Shown here piece after piece: positions 25,280 to 37,592 of a stretch of DNA of 64,000 bases (position 1 is the first letter of the stretch; the number at the start of each line of letters is the position of its first letter). The stretch is taken from positions 359,600,001-359,664,000 of the forward strand of contig OZ024740.1 of NCBI GenBank assembly GCA_964016885.1. Direction: 5' to 3'. This DNA is from Eledone cirrhosa. Its lineage: Eukaryota. Below the pieces are notes generated by a model, which was not told where the DNA came from, made no database searches, and was given only the letters and a program-made list of their open reading frames with translations. The position numbers were made by a program, and so were the translations under genes.

Positions 25280-28200
25280 GTATGTCAGCCATATTTTACT
25301 TAACGTGGCTGACGAAGAATTAGACCCCTACAATTCCCGATTACTTACAGACGCAGAGAAGCAATCAACAAATACCATGTTTAATAAATTCCTTGAGCAG
25401 TTAGAACCTAGTGTAAGTTATAGAATTAGTCTTTTAGCGAAGATAATAGCGGTGTATGAATGTAACAAGGAGACATGGTTTGTGTGTATAATATTTAATT
25501 AACAATCATGGATATATATAGAACAGTATAGTTGTCATGTCAAAGAAATAGATGATAGAATGAAGCAAAGTTAGTAGTTACCGTTTTGATTGCCAGGCAA
25601 ACGCGAGACGCCTGGCGAAGGCCAGGCGCCGGAAGGGCAAATGAGAGAGTGAGAACTTAAAGTTGTTAGTTTTATAGGGTTCTGACCGGAAGTTACAGAA
25701 AGGGTTCTACTTCCCGTCTAGATGTTGTTAATCTATTGGGGTTGTGAGTCACAACAAGGGAGGCTACTGCTACATAACCTCCCGCCAGAATTTTAGAATA
25801 TAAAAATCGAATGAAATATGTAGCAAGTTGGCGAGAATGTTGTAACAGGCATGAAAATTACGACAAAAGAATGTTTGCAAAAATCAATGATAGATGTCAA
25901 GGTAGCCAACCGCTCTTGGCCAGAGAACGACTGGACATCTATCTATCCATCACCCAAAGATACAATGTAATAAAGTAAGAGAAGAGCTCAAAGTTCAAAT
26001 GTACAAAATATAGTTCATATGTGTGCAATCACATGACAGTAGGAAAGAAAGTGTGTTCCAGAGAATTAATGCAGGTGGTTTCTGTTCTGTGGTATATCGT
26101 GAAATTTCCAACCTCCGAATGGATTTTCTCACAGGAAGAGTGCTGCAAAAATAAATTCTCTGGCTTGTTCTGCTGGTTTTGGTTGTTTGTGAAGTTGTGT
26201 TGCTGTTGATGTTGTCTCGCGGAGTGAGCGTATTCGGTGTTTAAATTCACAGTAAAAAAAAATTTTGGGGGGAAAAAAAATGAGTTGTGCAAAGTGTTAG
26301 AAATAACAGCCGAAGTTGATGGTCGATGTTGAGAATGCGTTGACCTGGAAGGGTCAAGAGGCCAGCGACCAAAGAAATAAGCATTCTGAATAAATGCGCA
26401 GTTTTCAACGGCAAATTTACGTGGTAAATTTTTAAACCGGCAAATAGGAGAATATAGCTTAGGGCTGAAGAATCCTTGGCGAGAAACGTTATCTCTGGCG
26501 TGCGGCTATCTCTGTGAGTCGAGATATCTCTGTGAGTCGAGAATTTGTGCTGCCTACACGTGCCAATACAAGGTTAAGTTAGGTTTAAAAAATAATATTT
26601 CTAACGCGCGAGAAAATGATAGTGCTGGTGTGAAAGTGACAATGATGAAAAAGAAAGGCTTCACTTAGCATAATTATTGGTGTGAACTTTGGAAAAAAAA
26701 AACTTGAACGATGAAGAAAACGATGAAAACAAAAGGCAATGGTTCATCGAAAATAAATGTTCCTGTTGAAATGTTGTTTTTTTTTAAATATCAAATTTCT
26801 TTTTTTTTTTTTTTTAAGTGTTCGTTGTAAGAAACGAGAAACATATATATATCGTGAAATGCGACAGTTAGTTGATGCGTGAGAGAAAAAGTCTGTCTGA
26901 ACGCGAATTTCACATGTGCGTGGTGCGTTCGTTTCTTTGACTGAGTATTTTCATAGTTTGTCAATAAATTTGCTGTGTATTCGTAATGTTACTCACACAA
27001 CACCAGATTCTGCTATTTTTTTCTTTTTTTCGAGGTGACCACTTATAACAATGAACGGCTGCGTGTTCGTATCACGTCAGGGTTACCAATTTTGCGAGTA
27101 TACTAGCGGTGTATGAATGTAACAAGGAGACATGGTTTGTGTGTATAATATTTAATTAACAATCATGGATATATATAGAACAGTATAGTTGTCATGTCAA
27201 AGAAATAGATGATAGAATGAAGCAAAGTTAGTAGTTACCGTTTTGATTGCCAGGCAAACGCGAGACGCCTGGCGAAGGCCAGGCGCCGGAAGGGCAAATG
27301 AGAGAGTGAGAACTTAAAGTTGTTAGTTTTATAGGGTTCTGACCGGAAGTTACAGAAAGGGTTCTACTTCCCGTCTAGATGTTGTTAATCTATTGAGGTT
27401 GTGAGGCTACTGCTACAGTCTTCTTAAATTCACGATGTATAGACAAAAATAAAAGAATCACTAGAAGACACATTAAAAGCAAAAAAGAGTTCATTTACCG
27501 AATTATGAACGCATAATAGATCTTATCATTGTTATTTCATATCTTATAGATTTCCAAAAAGAACTAAAGAAAAGACACTCGACTAAAATTCACAGATGTA
27601 CGCCCTTGTAAGTAGAGCACAAAAAACTCCAAACGCTCATAGTAAACAGCTTAAAGTTATGTCTAATATAAGTAATGCTCCCAACACAGTTATACAACAC
27701 TCAAAAGAAAACATGAATATTGTCGCAAAGCTTGCCCTGTATTTGGTTCAATGTTCAATTTATATGGAAAAGCCAGTTACCGGGTTATATAGCAAAAATG
27801 AAGTCCCCTTATCGAGATTACACTATATAAAGGTTATCACTATTTTCGTTAGAAAAAGAATGCAGCTTTAGACTGATATTGTGTACAACACTCAACATCC
27901 CAAATAACAATTTGAGAACTTAACTTTTAGTAAAATCAAAGCATCCTTTGTCTCACAACAAATGGATGAAGGTTTTATGCTGATATAAACCAAATTGTTA
28001 AACAGACTAGGTATTCGTAACCTTCTGAAGGTAGACAGATGAGTGTTTTCGGAATAAATGCTAAAGGATTTCTAAACTGGAACATCCATGCATATGGAAG
28101 AAGACTGACAGCATTTAATAAAACACCAATTGAACATTACAGTAATATTGACATTGTTGGTGTACATGTATCAGCGGTCATAGGGCTACTATCACCAGAG

Positions 28201-28900
28201 AATTTGAAATTAATAACCCTACTGTAAAAAGAGACACTGTCTCTCAACGGAATACAGAACATGCCAAAATAAGGACATCAACCAACAAAGTTGACGATCT
28301 TTTCGACAAAGTTGGATCTATACCAGGCAATGTCAAACTTTTTGCAGATGAAAATGTCTATCCACACATCTACCTATCTAGGAAAACACCAATAGCATTA
28401 AGTGGTTCAATAAAAAGGGGAGCTAGATGAAATAGAAAATTATGGTGTTGTCAAAAAAGTAACAGAACCAATAGATATGATTTCAAGTTTAGCTTACTCG
28501 CATAAGAAAGGTAGAAATCTACGAATCTGCCTCAACCCCAGACATCTAAACAAAACACCCAAAAGACCATGTCATAAGATTCCAACACTTGATTAACTGG
28601 CATTTTATAGGTGTTAAAATATTCTTCACGTTTGATACTAAAACTAGTTACTGTCTATTTACTTAAACACATATTCTCAGTTGCTAACCACCTTCATATC
28701 ACCATACGGCAGATACTGTTTCCAGAGACTACCATTTTGAATTCTGCATGGAAAATTAAAAACCGACCGCCTCCTGGTACACGCAACTCCAGGAGTCTAT
28801 GTAGAACTCTTGGAAAGGTTTCTGCAGGATGTAGGATATTTTAGAAAGAAACCTAAATCAAAGATACTCCAAGGACCATTCGGGCATACACAAGATTACC
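25280..28900 (+). mobile_element. Decayed Gypsy gag-pol relic interrupted by a younger LTR element
   Basis: Gag-like YVSHILLNVADEELDPYNSRLLTDAEKQ...FNKFLEQLEP before the insertion; RT-like RKTPIAL...KKVTEPIDMISSLAYSHKKGRNLRICLNPRHLNK...HKIPTL after it. Confidence 0.75.
25434..27417 (-). mobile_element. Non-autonomous LTR retrotransposon (TRIM/LARD-like), ~330-bp LTRs
   Basis: Direct repeats 25434-25773 and ~27091-27417 end in GCTACA; tRNA-Trp-type PBS (plus strand ATCACGTCAGGGTTACCA, 27071-27088); PPT GGCGGGAGG next to the other LTR; TSD GTCT(T). Confidence 0.85.
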
Positions 28901-29039
28901 AGAAAATGATCAGGTCTTTATATTTTGATATTTTCTCCATTTATAATATATTATTTCGCCCTTCTTTCACATTAATAGGTTAAGTGATCCTCCTCACTTT
29001 TTCCTCCGCTTCTTCAAGCCTCTCTCAGGATCGGCAGTG

Positions 29040-31310
29040 TTAATGCAATGGCGTGAGGTCGTTTTGGAAGCAAGGTCACTGAACATTAGCGAAATCAGAA
29101 TTTCCGAGGCACGAGCCTTTGCACCCATTTTCGGCAGCTAGGATATGGAGGTGGGGTCGCTGTATTGTTTCGGAAAGATTTAGATTTCATGACACGAACC
29201 ATCTTTCTGGACCCAGAAGGTAGGTTGGTAGGGACGGGCGTGACCAGCAGCAAAAGGTATGCCTTTAGGCTTTTGGCCGTCAATGCTCTGGCGGTCGCAA
29301 TACGGCCTGATTTCTTCAGGCACCTAGGGAGCGCTTCTAGGAACGTTCGAGGAACGTCCCACTCTTTGTGTGACTGGAACAATATCTTAGAGACATGCTA
29401 TAACTGTGTGGAGCTAGCAGAAAGAGGAGAAGGGTGTGAAACCCTCGCAAACCTACTCAGATATTTCCAACTGTCTGACAGGTACCGAGTGGATTTTCCG
29501 AATGTGACAATGTGTACATGGACAAACTGCATCGGGTCATCTAGATCGTATTTAGATAGGGTATTCTGTAGGAAAGTAGATAAGGCTAGCATGGCTGTCC
29601 ACAATTCAAAGTACTCGACTATACAGACAACAAATTTGTGATCTGTACAATCGATAGGCTTCATAGACAGATACCCGATTACTGGAAGCTGAACGCGTCG
29701 TTTCCGAGACCGGGTAAGTGAATTAGTTAAGCAAGTGTTAACAGGGGTAATCGTCAACAACGAATGGTTGAAAAGGACAATTAGAGTAGAATCAATAAGG
29801 TTTAGTGAAGGTGTAGCGATAGAGAAAACTAGAAAACTAGATTAGAGAGAGGGCTAGTTAGAAATCTAGAGGAAGCGTTTAGGAAAGGCAACGCAACTGA
29901 CGTGCTTGCAGCGAGATTGTCTCTCGACAAATTCTTCAACGTAAAACACGAAGGCTGCGTTGTTATGGCTATGATGTGTGCTCTTAGACACAAAGGAACG
30001 AAAGTAGTTCAATAAGCCCGGTTGATGGTGGCGTGGTGTGAAAACACAGTCACAATCCGGTCATTAGCGGACCACGACGGACGCAGATGTGTGAGACTTT
30101 TCATCAACACTTCGCTCCACTGTTTGGGAGCAGTGTTGGGTCGGATCAGGAGATGTACTTCAGTGCCTACCTCAATGGCCTGCCACGGCTCTCGACCACG
30201 GAGGCAGACTGATGTGAAAAGCCAATAACAGCCGCTGAAATACGGGGGTCAATGACTAATTACACAAGGGGTAAATCACTTGGTTTAGATGGTCTGCTCT
30301 AAGAGCTTTCCAGACGTCGTCTGGACGTTGGCAGACATCGTCTACAGCAACTGGCAGAAGAACGGGAGAATTTCCAGTTCTGTGAGCTGAGGGGCAGTGG
30401 CGCTGCTGAGAAATTATTCAAACAAGGGGGACTATATTAATAATTTTAGGCCCATAACTCAGCGAAATGCAGAGTTTAAAATTTTAGCCACGGTGTTAGA
30501 AACAAGGTAGGCGCTTGTCGTCGGTTATCTGATAGGGGACTGCGAAGATGCGCCATCCCGAACAGATCCATCTACGACTACTTCCACCTCATGCGATACA
30601 TCATAGATAGGGTGACTAAGGAAACTGGCACGGGTGGAATGCTGATCAATTTAGATCAATCGAAAAGTTTCAATAGAGTTGACCATCGGTACTAGAAGGC
30701 AACCCCCAGGGCAGCTGGCTTCGGAAACGTTTCCCTGAGAATGGATCGCTGTAATGCACAGTGACGTCTGCTCTGTTGTCAGAGTATACGGTCACCTCTC
30801 GGTGATTCTGAATTTATGTCGAACAGCTGCTGTCTCGTGTAGGATGGATCGGGTTATCAGCTTAGTTGATGGCCCTCCTTTAACCAGGAAGGGAAGGTTG
30901 TTTTTATTTGCCTGGTAGCCATGGTGAAGTGGTCGTATGGTGGACGCGTCTGAAAGGGTTGAAGACGGACAGTTTCCTTTTCGATGACACTCTCATTGAC
31001 CTTTTCAGGTTTCACCTGAAAAGGAAAAATAGGTTGGAGAAGGAAGTAATGCCTTCAAAGCAATTTATTGAAAGGTGGGTGAGAGAGGCGAGAATGACAG
31101 GCCTTCCCTGAGCGTTTACCTGTAGTATTGAAAGAGGACAACTGGGAGGGGCTCTTGCTCTGGGTAACCGTTACATTGTGGGCTTCCTTGGGGAATATTT
31201 TCTTTTGTTCTAATTTTAACCTTTTCGTTATCGTTTCCTTTTACACGCAGAAACCCACATTGGACCGTCCTGTGTTGCTCTTAATGAATTTTTTATGTAA
31301 ACCCTTTGTA
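29040..31310 (+). mobile_element. Decayed Tx1/L1-clade LINE (APE, RT and C-terminal fragments)
   Basis: GGGVAVLFRK...DPEGRLV...FRLLAV, TWTN...SRSYLDRVF, KSLGLDGL, NFRPIT, LDQSKSFNRVDH; many disablements. Confidence 0.8.
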
Positions 31311-31317
31311 AACATTA

Positions 31318-31620
31318 ATTGGCAGTATCGGTAGAGAGTTGGACGCCATGCTTTCTAGCATAGTTACGGCCCTTGCCATTCTGAGTTCAAATCCCGCCGA
31401 GGTTAACTTTGCCTTTCACCCTTACGGGGTCGATAAAATAAAGTACCAGTAATGCACTGGGTAATTGCTGGCTTTGTGCCAAAAGTAGAAACAATTATTA
31501 TTATTATTATTCGCAGGGAAAACGAACTTTAAATGACTACTACTACTGCTGCTGCTGCTGCTACTGATGATGCAGCTGCTGCTGCTGCTGTTGTTGTTGT
31601 TGTTGATGTTGTTTTGTTGC
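31318..31620 (+). mobile_element. tRNA-derived SINE followed by (ATT)n, (CTA/CTG)n and (TTG)n microsatellites
   Basis: Full SINE at 31318-31500 with tail ATTATT...; trinucleotide runs at 31536-31620. Confidence 0.85.
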
Positions 31621-32699
31621 TTCAATTGTAAGAACCACAAAAGGTCCTTGATGTATAACCACTAATGATAGCTTTTCCCATGGTTGTTGTCCATAAATGT
31701 TTTACATGTTGCTTTGTCTGGTCATACATTGTAATTTTCAGTAACTATGAGGCCGAAATAAATCAATTGAGTTGAAATTTATATAATATTCAAGTCATTC
31801 GAATATTTAAGACTTGATATAAGAGTTTCTGTTCACATTTAATTTTCTTTGTCCGTTAGATGGGCATTCTACTAGTAAGCTTGAATTAATCAATTAAATT
31901 TATATTCAGCTTGATGCTATGAAATGTCATTTATTTTTTCAAATAGAATTATCACTAATAAAATAGATAAATATCTGCAGGCGTACGATCAATAAACAAA
32001 CAGGTTTGGTGGTTTAGCTTATAACACACTAAAGCACAGGTTCACAACCCATTTAGGCCAAACGCCCCCTTTTGTCCCTCGAAATCACGAAACGCCCCCT
32101 ACCCTATTTTTCCATTTTTCAATATACTTCTGATTTTGATATCAGTAGATTACTAAAAAATTGATTAACAATATTCCAAAGATACCATTGCAGGCAGCTG
32201 AGAGTATAAATACATTCCTTGAAAGGAAATATATAAATTTAAAAAAAAGGAACATAAATGTTCTTTTTTATGAATAAGGACCAGTTGAATTTGTTATATT
32301 CTCACCAGGCGATACCAGCTATTTTGAACATTTATACAAGAGCAACTCTGTCTATCCCAAGTGTGCTCTTATCTGGAAGAAAGTGGCAATTATATCATTT
32401 CAAAGCTTTCCAATGTTCCCTTTAATGAAACGGACAGGATAAATGTTGATATCTAACTTGATGTCCGTCCGTCGTCGTCGTCGTCGTCGTCCCCCCCCCC
32501 CCGCTTTGTGACCACGGAAGAGGGTATATTTATTAGTAAATGGTAAAATATATACAACAAATGAGTAAGTGAATTGAAGTAAATGGTTTCCAATCCAGGC
32601 AGACTGCAAGTACAAATAAAAAAAATTGTTAGTTTACTTTGTAACAATAGCATATCCAAGTTTTCGGATAAATCAACTTACTTTAACTTTGACCTTATT

Positions 32700-33762
32700 T
32701 CAATGTGACCCTTGAGCTTCATGGAGTCTAGCTAATTCTTTGATGCCAGGCTGGATTTTCGTAAGATGTAGCCGGAGATCTCCACGCGTAATTACATTGT
32801 AGCGGTTGCGAGCCTTACTGTACAGTCTGGAAACAGCGCCAAACCCCCTCTCGACTAAGTATGAGCTTGGAAAAGGCAGAGCAAATCTCTTAGCGTCTGC
32901 ATGTAGGTGTGGAAATCGACGCTGAATTTCCTCTTGCATCCCCAAAAGGGGTTCACCTATTTTGGGAAATCTAATTTTGATCATGTCATCTGCTTGAAAT
33001 TCAATGCATTCTTCCTGAAATTTAACGTCCAAATCATCGACGTTAGCTATGAAGGGATCTGCTATCCACATTGGGATGTCCATCGGCAAAAGGTCGACAA
33101 ACCGTTCTCTCGTGTTGTCTTGTAGCGCACGGAGGTGAGTGATATAAATTTGAAGTTGATCATCGCTTACAATGTTTTGAACATTGGCGACACTAGGAAA
33201 ATTATAGAATTCCCGTCAACAAAGATTCTTTTCGATGACATTCAATTTGGCCAGGAATGTTTTCACAGCATTCCTTGTTTTAAGCAAGGTGATCTTCTCC
33301 CCCTGCAAAGCCAAAATGACGCTATTGCATTTGTCGAAGATGTCGGTGAGGTAGGTGCAGTTTTGCCTCACATCGAGGGTTTTCTTGTACAGTTCTGTGT
33401 TGCGTCCTCGCAGAAAATCAATGATAGAATCGAAGAGTTCAAAGAAGTGGGTAAAGCACTTGCCCTTTGAAAGCCACCTCACTTCAGTATGAAGGAGCAA
33501 CTTGACGAATTCTTCGTTATTATCTTGGCACAGTTGCCGGAAAATTCGTTCATTGAGAGCATGGCGTTTGATATAATTGATGATATCAATGGCTACCTGC
33601 AAAGACTTGCTCAGCGGTTCGCTGTGTTTCTTCGCAGCCAAGTGTTGTCTATGAATGACACAATGAACAGCAAATACAGATAGATTTTCTCTCTTCAGAA
33701 GAGTGACGAAACCCTTATGTTGGCTGACCATTGCTCTTGCGTCGTCCGTAGCACATGATACA
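32700..33762 (-). pseudogene. hAT transposase C-terminal two-thirds (ZBED5/SCAND3-like), frameshifted
   Basis: CATDDARAM...VHCVIHRQHLAAK...LLLHTEVRWLSKG...FPSSYLVERGFGAV...RGDLRLHLT...QGSH. Confidence 0.88.
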
Positions 33763-33764
33763 AT

Positions 33765-34360
33765 GTGTGTTGTATGTGGTCCTAGATGTATGTATTACCT
33801 GCCTGTGTGTTGTATGTAGTCCTAGATGTATGTATTACCTGCTTATGTATTGTATGTGGTCCTAGCTGTATGTATTACATGCTTGTGTGTTGTATGTGGT
33901 CCTAGATGTGCGTATTATCTCCTTATGTGTTGTATGTGGTCCTAGATGTGTGTATTACTTCCTTATGTGTTGTATGTGGTCCTAGATGTATGTATTACCT
34001 GATTATCTGTTGTATGTAGTCCTAGATGTATGTATTACCTGATTATCTGTTGTATGTAGTCCTAGATGTTTTTATTACCTGATTATGTGTTGTATGTGGT
34101 CCTATATGTTTGTATTACTTGCTTATGTGTTGTATGTGGTCCTAGATGTATGTATTACATGCCTGTGTGTTGTATGTAGTCCTAGATGTATGTATTACCT
34201 CCTTATGTGTTGCATGTGGTCCTAGATGTGTGTATTACCTGCTTATGTATTGTATATGGTCCTAGATGTGTGTATTACCTGCTTATCTGTTATAGGTAGT
34301 TCTAGATGTGTGTATTATCTGATTATGTGTTGTATGTCGTCCTAGATGTGTGTGCTACTC
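33765..34360 (+). repeat. Tandem array, ~15 copies of a 40-bp unit
   Basis: Consensus TGTGTTGTATGTGGTCCTAGATGTATGTATTACCTGCTTA, head-to-tail without spacers. Confidence 0.95.
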
Positions 34361-35559
34361 GCTTCTGTTTTTTCTTTTCTTTTTTTTTGTTTGTAATATT
34401 ATTTATACAATAGGGAATAAAATAGATCTACATAGTGTAAACTCGTTACGGTTGAGTCAATGACTTCAGACATGAAATACATTGTTATCGGTGAAGGAAA
34501 GATAAGATTCTAACTGGCTGCGCTCAAAGTGTCTTTGACCCAGTTGACTGTGGGTTTTTCCATTTTTAGGATCTCAATTGCCGGTTAATGTCTAGACACG
34601 CCTGCACACCTGCTCACAACTGCGGTCAGACCATAGTTATGCTGTCTGCATGCTCATTCAAATGCATTTACACTGGCTGTCTCAAAGACATACAAATATG
34701 GCTTATAAAACTTACCAAAGTAAAGAGCCTTCCAGCGCCCCCCTAGCGCCCTCAAAGCTCTAAACGCCCCCCTAACGCCCCCTGGAGTTCCGAAACGCCC
34801 CCCGGGGGTGCATATGACCCCCGCTGAGAACCTTTGCACTAAAGCACATACAATATACAGCTGATATATGTGAAGCCTGTTAGCGTTAAGATATTATTGT
34901 TTATTAACAAGCTATTGACAGGTGACAACTGACTGATCGGTCAATTGTTGTGACTAGGTTTAAGCTACCGCAGCCACATTTAGCGGCACCTTCTCCAGCG
35001 GCAATCTGGTGTGTTCTGCTACTAGGCCAAGCTTCGCTGTTCGTCTGGCTGAAGAAGACAAACTGTCAAAGTATTGGCCACTCCCTGATAGGTTTATGGT
35101 CTAACCTGGGGCAGTGGAGACTTCCGGCGTTCTTAGCCCCCGGACCACATCCCTACTCACTGCTATCGGGACGAAGTTGACTACCCGCAAATGCGGGCCC
35201 CGTGAGTTGGAGTGACTTTTCCAGTATATATATATATATTGCTTTTGATTGTTTTTTGTTTGTTTGTTTGCTACTTATTCATCAACTTCGCACTTCATCG
35301 CAACCATTAAAAATGAACAAATCCATCAGGAAAACAACTCAAACTAACTTTTATTTATATACCGCAAAAGCGGCACTTTCCTGCGGTGCTCTTACTGTTG
35401 AAGGTTGCTTTGGATCTATGGGGTTTCAAACTGACCCCTGAGAAGTGCTCCCCTTATTGTAGATGTCTATTGTTTTGTCGTTTATTGTTATCTTTCATTT
35501 TACACGCTTATATATGTAAATGACAACAGTCTGTCTTTTATTTTGTCCATAATGCTTCA

Positions 35560-35920
35560 GTCCTAGTGGCCAATAAAGAAATACCATGATCTATCGGTTA
35601 ACTACATTTTCCAGCCTGTGGCATTCGAGACGTTTGGGGGAGTCGGGCCGCTAACTGCGAGGTTCTTGTCCTCACTGGCGGCTCGCCTAACCGAGGTAAC
35701 TGGGGATGCTGGTGAGGGCGCTTGGCTGTTCCAGTGCATCACCCTCGCCATCACCCGAGGAAACGCTGTGAGCGTGCTGGTTTGCCTAAAAAATGATTAG
35801 AGAAGTTTCTCAGTGCTCCTTGTGATGCTGTTATCTTTTGCTCGGGCAACGGTTCGTTTGTCTACTCCTTTGACCTGCCTTTTGTTGTATGTGGCCCTTA
35901 GATGTGTGTATTACCTGCGT
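35560..35920 (+). mobile_element. CRE-clade retrotransposon 3' fragment
   Basis: KKYHDL...FQPVAFETFGGVGP...FQCITLAITRGNAVSVL; its 3' UTR ends in one copy of the 40-bp array unit. Confidence 0.78.
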
Positions 35921-36579
35921 TTAGAAAATTAGAGTTATTTTTCCAGAAAAGAATAAGCTTGTTGCTAGGATTAAAAATAAACTTGTAGATTCTGTATCTG
36001 TGATGCTTATAAAAAGCATTTAAAACATGGTTTTTATTCAAAATGTTCAACCTTAAAAGGTTTTGTTCACAGAACGGTAAATTTTTTATAGCAAATGTCA
36101 GTAAATTAACAACGTATTGGTGTGCCTCGGCCGGGTGATCAGAGCAGAATGGTTATTAGCAGAACACAATACGTCGTAATAACAATAGCACCAGAAGCAG
36201 TGATCGTGGTGGTGGTGGTTGCAATAGTAGTAGGATTAGTGTTCTCGAGAGATTTTACGTACATTCTAGGTGTCTTAAAAATTTAGCTTCTTTTTGTAAG
36301 TAATTTATTTAATTTTGGAAGACGGTAGTTGAAGGATATTGTTATTCTTTGGTAAGGTATTGATACTCATAAAAAGTACACGCACCAGTTGAGTTTCATT
36401 TCGATTCATGTATATATATATGAGTGTGCATATGTGTGTGGATTTGAACTGAGGACGCAAATGACTCAACCTCTATTATTTTTTTTTTTTATGAGGGGTT
36501 GGCGTCTTGACACTTGGCATTCCTAGACCTGGCAGAGCCCACTCCTCTCCAGGTTGGAACATAGCCAATTTCTTCTTCT

Positions 36580-36585
<6 letters not shown>

Positions 36586-36649
<64 letters not shown>

Positions 36650-36770
36650 AGAATCAACCTCAGTATTGGATTGGTACTTTATCGCCCTCGGAGGTGGGAT
36701 TCGAACTCAGAACGTAGTGAGCCGAGGTACTTTTAATCCGATCCCCTAAAGGCTCTGTCAAATCGCCGCC
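36586..36770 (-). mobile_element. (GA)n tract plus decayed SINE
   Basis: (GA)n at 36586-36645; GGTACTTTATCG...GGGATTCGAACTCAGAACG. Confidence 0.6.
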
Positions 36771-36923
36771 TTGTGTGCATGTATATAAAAAAATTATCAT
36801 TTTAGAGAGAAAGAGGACGAAAGAGAAGGAGAAGAGGAGATATGGGGGGGAGACACACTGATGATAAACAAACAGACAGAGAGAAGACACACAAAGAGAG
36901 AAAGAGAGACTGTCTACAGTGCT

Positions 36924-37024
36924 CAATGACGTAGCTAGAGTGTGTGCCGCCCGAAGCAGACCTCAGTTTACTGCCCCGGGGCCCCCATAAAAAATGCATA
37001 TTGCTCAGTGACTAACTCTTAAAG

Positions 37025-37025
<1 letters not shown>
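36924..37025 (+). mobile_element. hAT-like transposon terminus abutting (TA)n(GA)n
   Basis: CAATGACGTAGCTAGAGTGTGTGCCGCCCG...; the same terminus occurs inverted at 58152-58256. Confidence 0.55.
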
Positions 37026-37121
<96 letters not shown>

Positions 37122-37166
37122 ACTGGAAGGTAATATCCGTAGTGGTAGAGCATGGGACGAGTTAGG

Positions 37167-37250
37167 TAGAAGTGGTAACAACAGTTAGTTCACCATACCG
37201 AGAACAATTGTTCTCGGTATGGTGAACTAACTGTTGTGTTACCACTTCTA
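37167..37250. repeat. Near-perfect 84-bp palindrome between microsatellites
   Basis: Centre GAGAACAA|TTGTTCTC at 37207/37208; one 2-nt indel. Confidence 0.9.
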
Positions 37251-37273
37251 TACATATATATATATATACAGTA

Positions 37274-37353
<80 letters not shown>

Positions 37354-37471
37354 TTAGTTAAGCAAAACAAGACCACAAATTTCACAAGGAGGACATTATT
37401 AAAAGATTGTCAACATATTTTAGTTTGATGTAAGTAATGTAAAGAATAATAATATTAATAATAATAATGTC

Positions 37472-37592
37472 AGTTTACAATTCTTTCGCTACTCCATATA
37501 ATATTTCTGGATCAAATGATTATATATCATTATTGATCTGGTTCAGTTGAAAATAATTAACATAGGTAAAGATAGAGCAGCTCATCGGAACT
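37472..37592 (-). ncRNA. Type I hammerhead ribozyme motif, long stem II, CCGAUGA core (inverted copy)
   Basis: AGUU-CCGAUGA-GCUGCUCUAU...AUGGAGUAGC-GAAAG-AAUU-GUA-AACU; the stem III pair is mutated in this copy. Confidence 0.55.

Larger units (their letters stand above)
32035..34836 (-). mobile_element. hAT (Buster/Charlie-type) DNA transposon, internally rearranged
   Basis: TIRs CACAGGTTCACAAC and GCTGAGAACCTTTG; 8-bp TSD CACTAAAG (NNNTANNN) at 32027-32034 and 34837-34844; subterminal CGCCCCC repeats at both ends. Confidence 0.9.

Noticed and set aside
25281-25412. Host exon (poly-T, AG ... GTAAGT)
   Set aside because: The translation resembles Gypsy Gag and continues as gag-pol after the nested LTR element.
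33765-34360. CRISPR-like array (also considered for 11270-12500)
   Set aside because: Units are head-to-tail with no unique spacers, there are no cas genes, and the context is eukaryotic.
35140-35215. Possible twister or other ribozyme (ACTCAC/GTGAGT pairing, CCCGC-aaat-GCGGG hairpin)
   Set aside because: Pairings exist, but I could not match the catalytic consensus of any known class.
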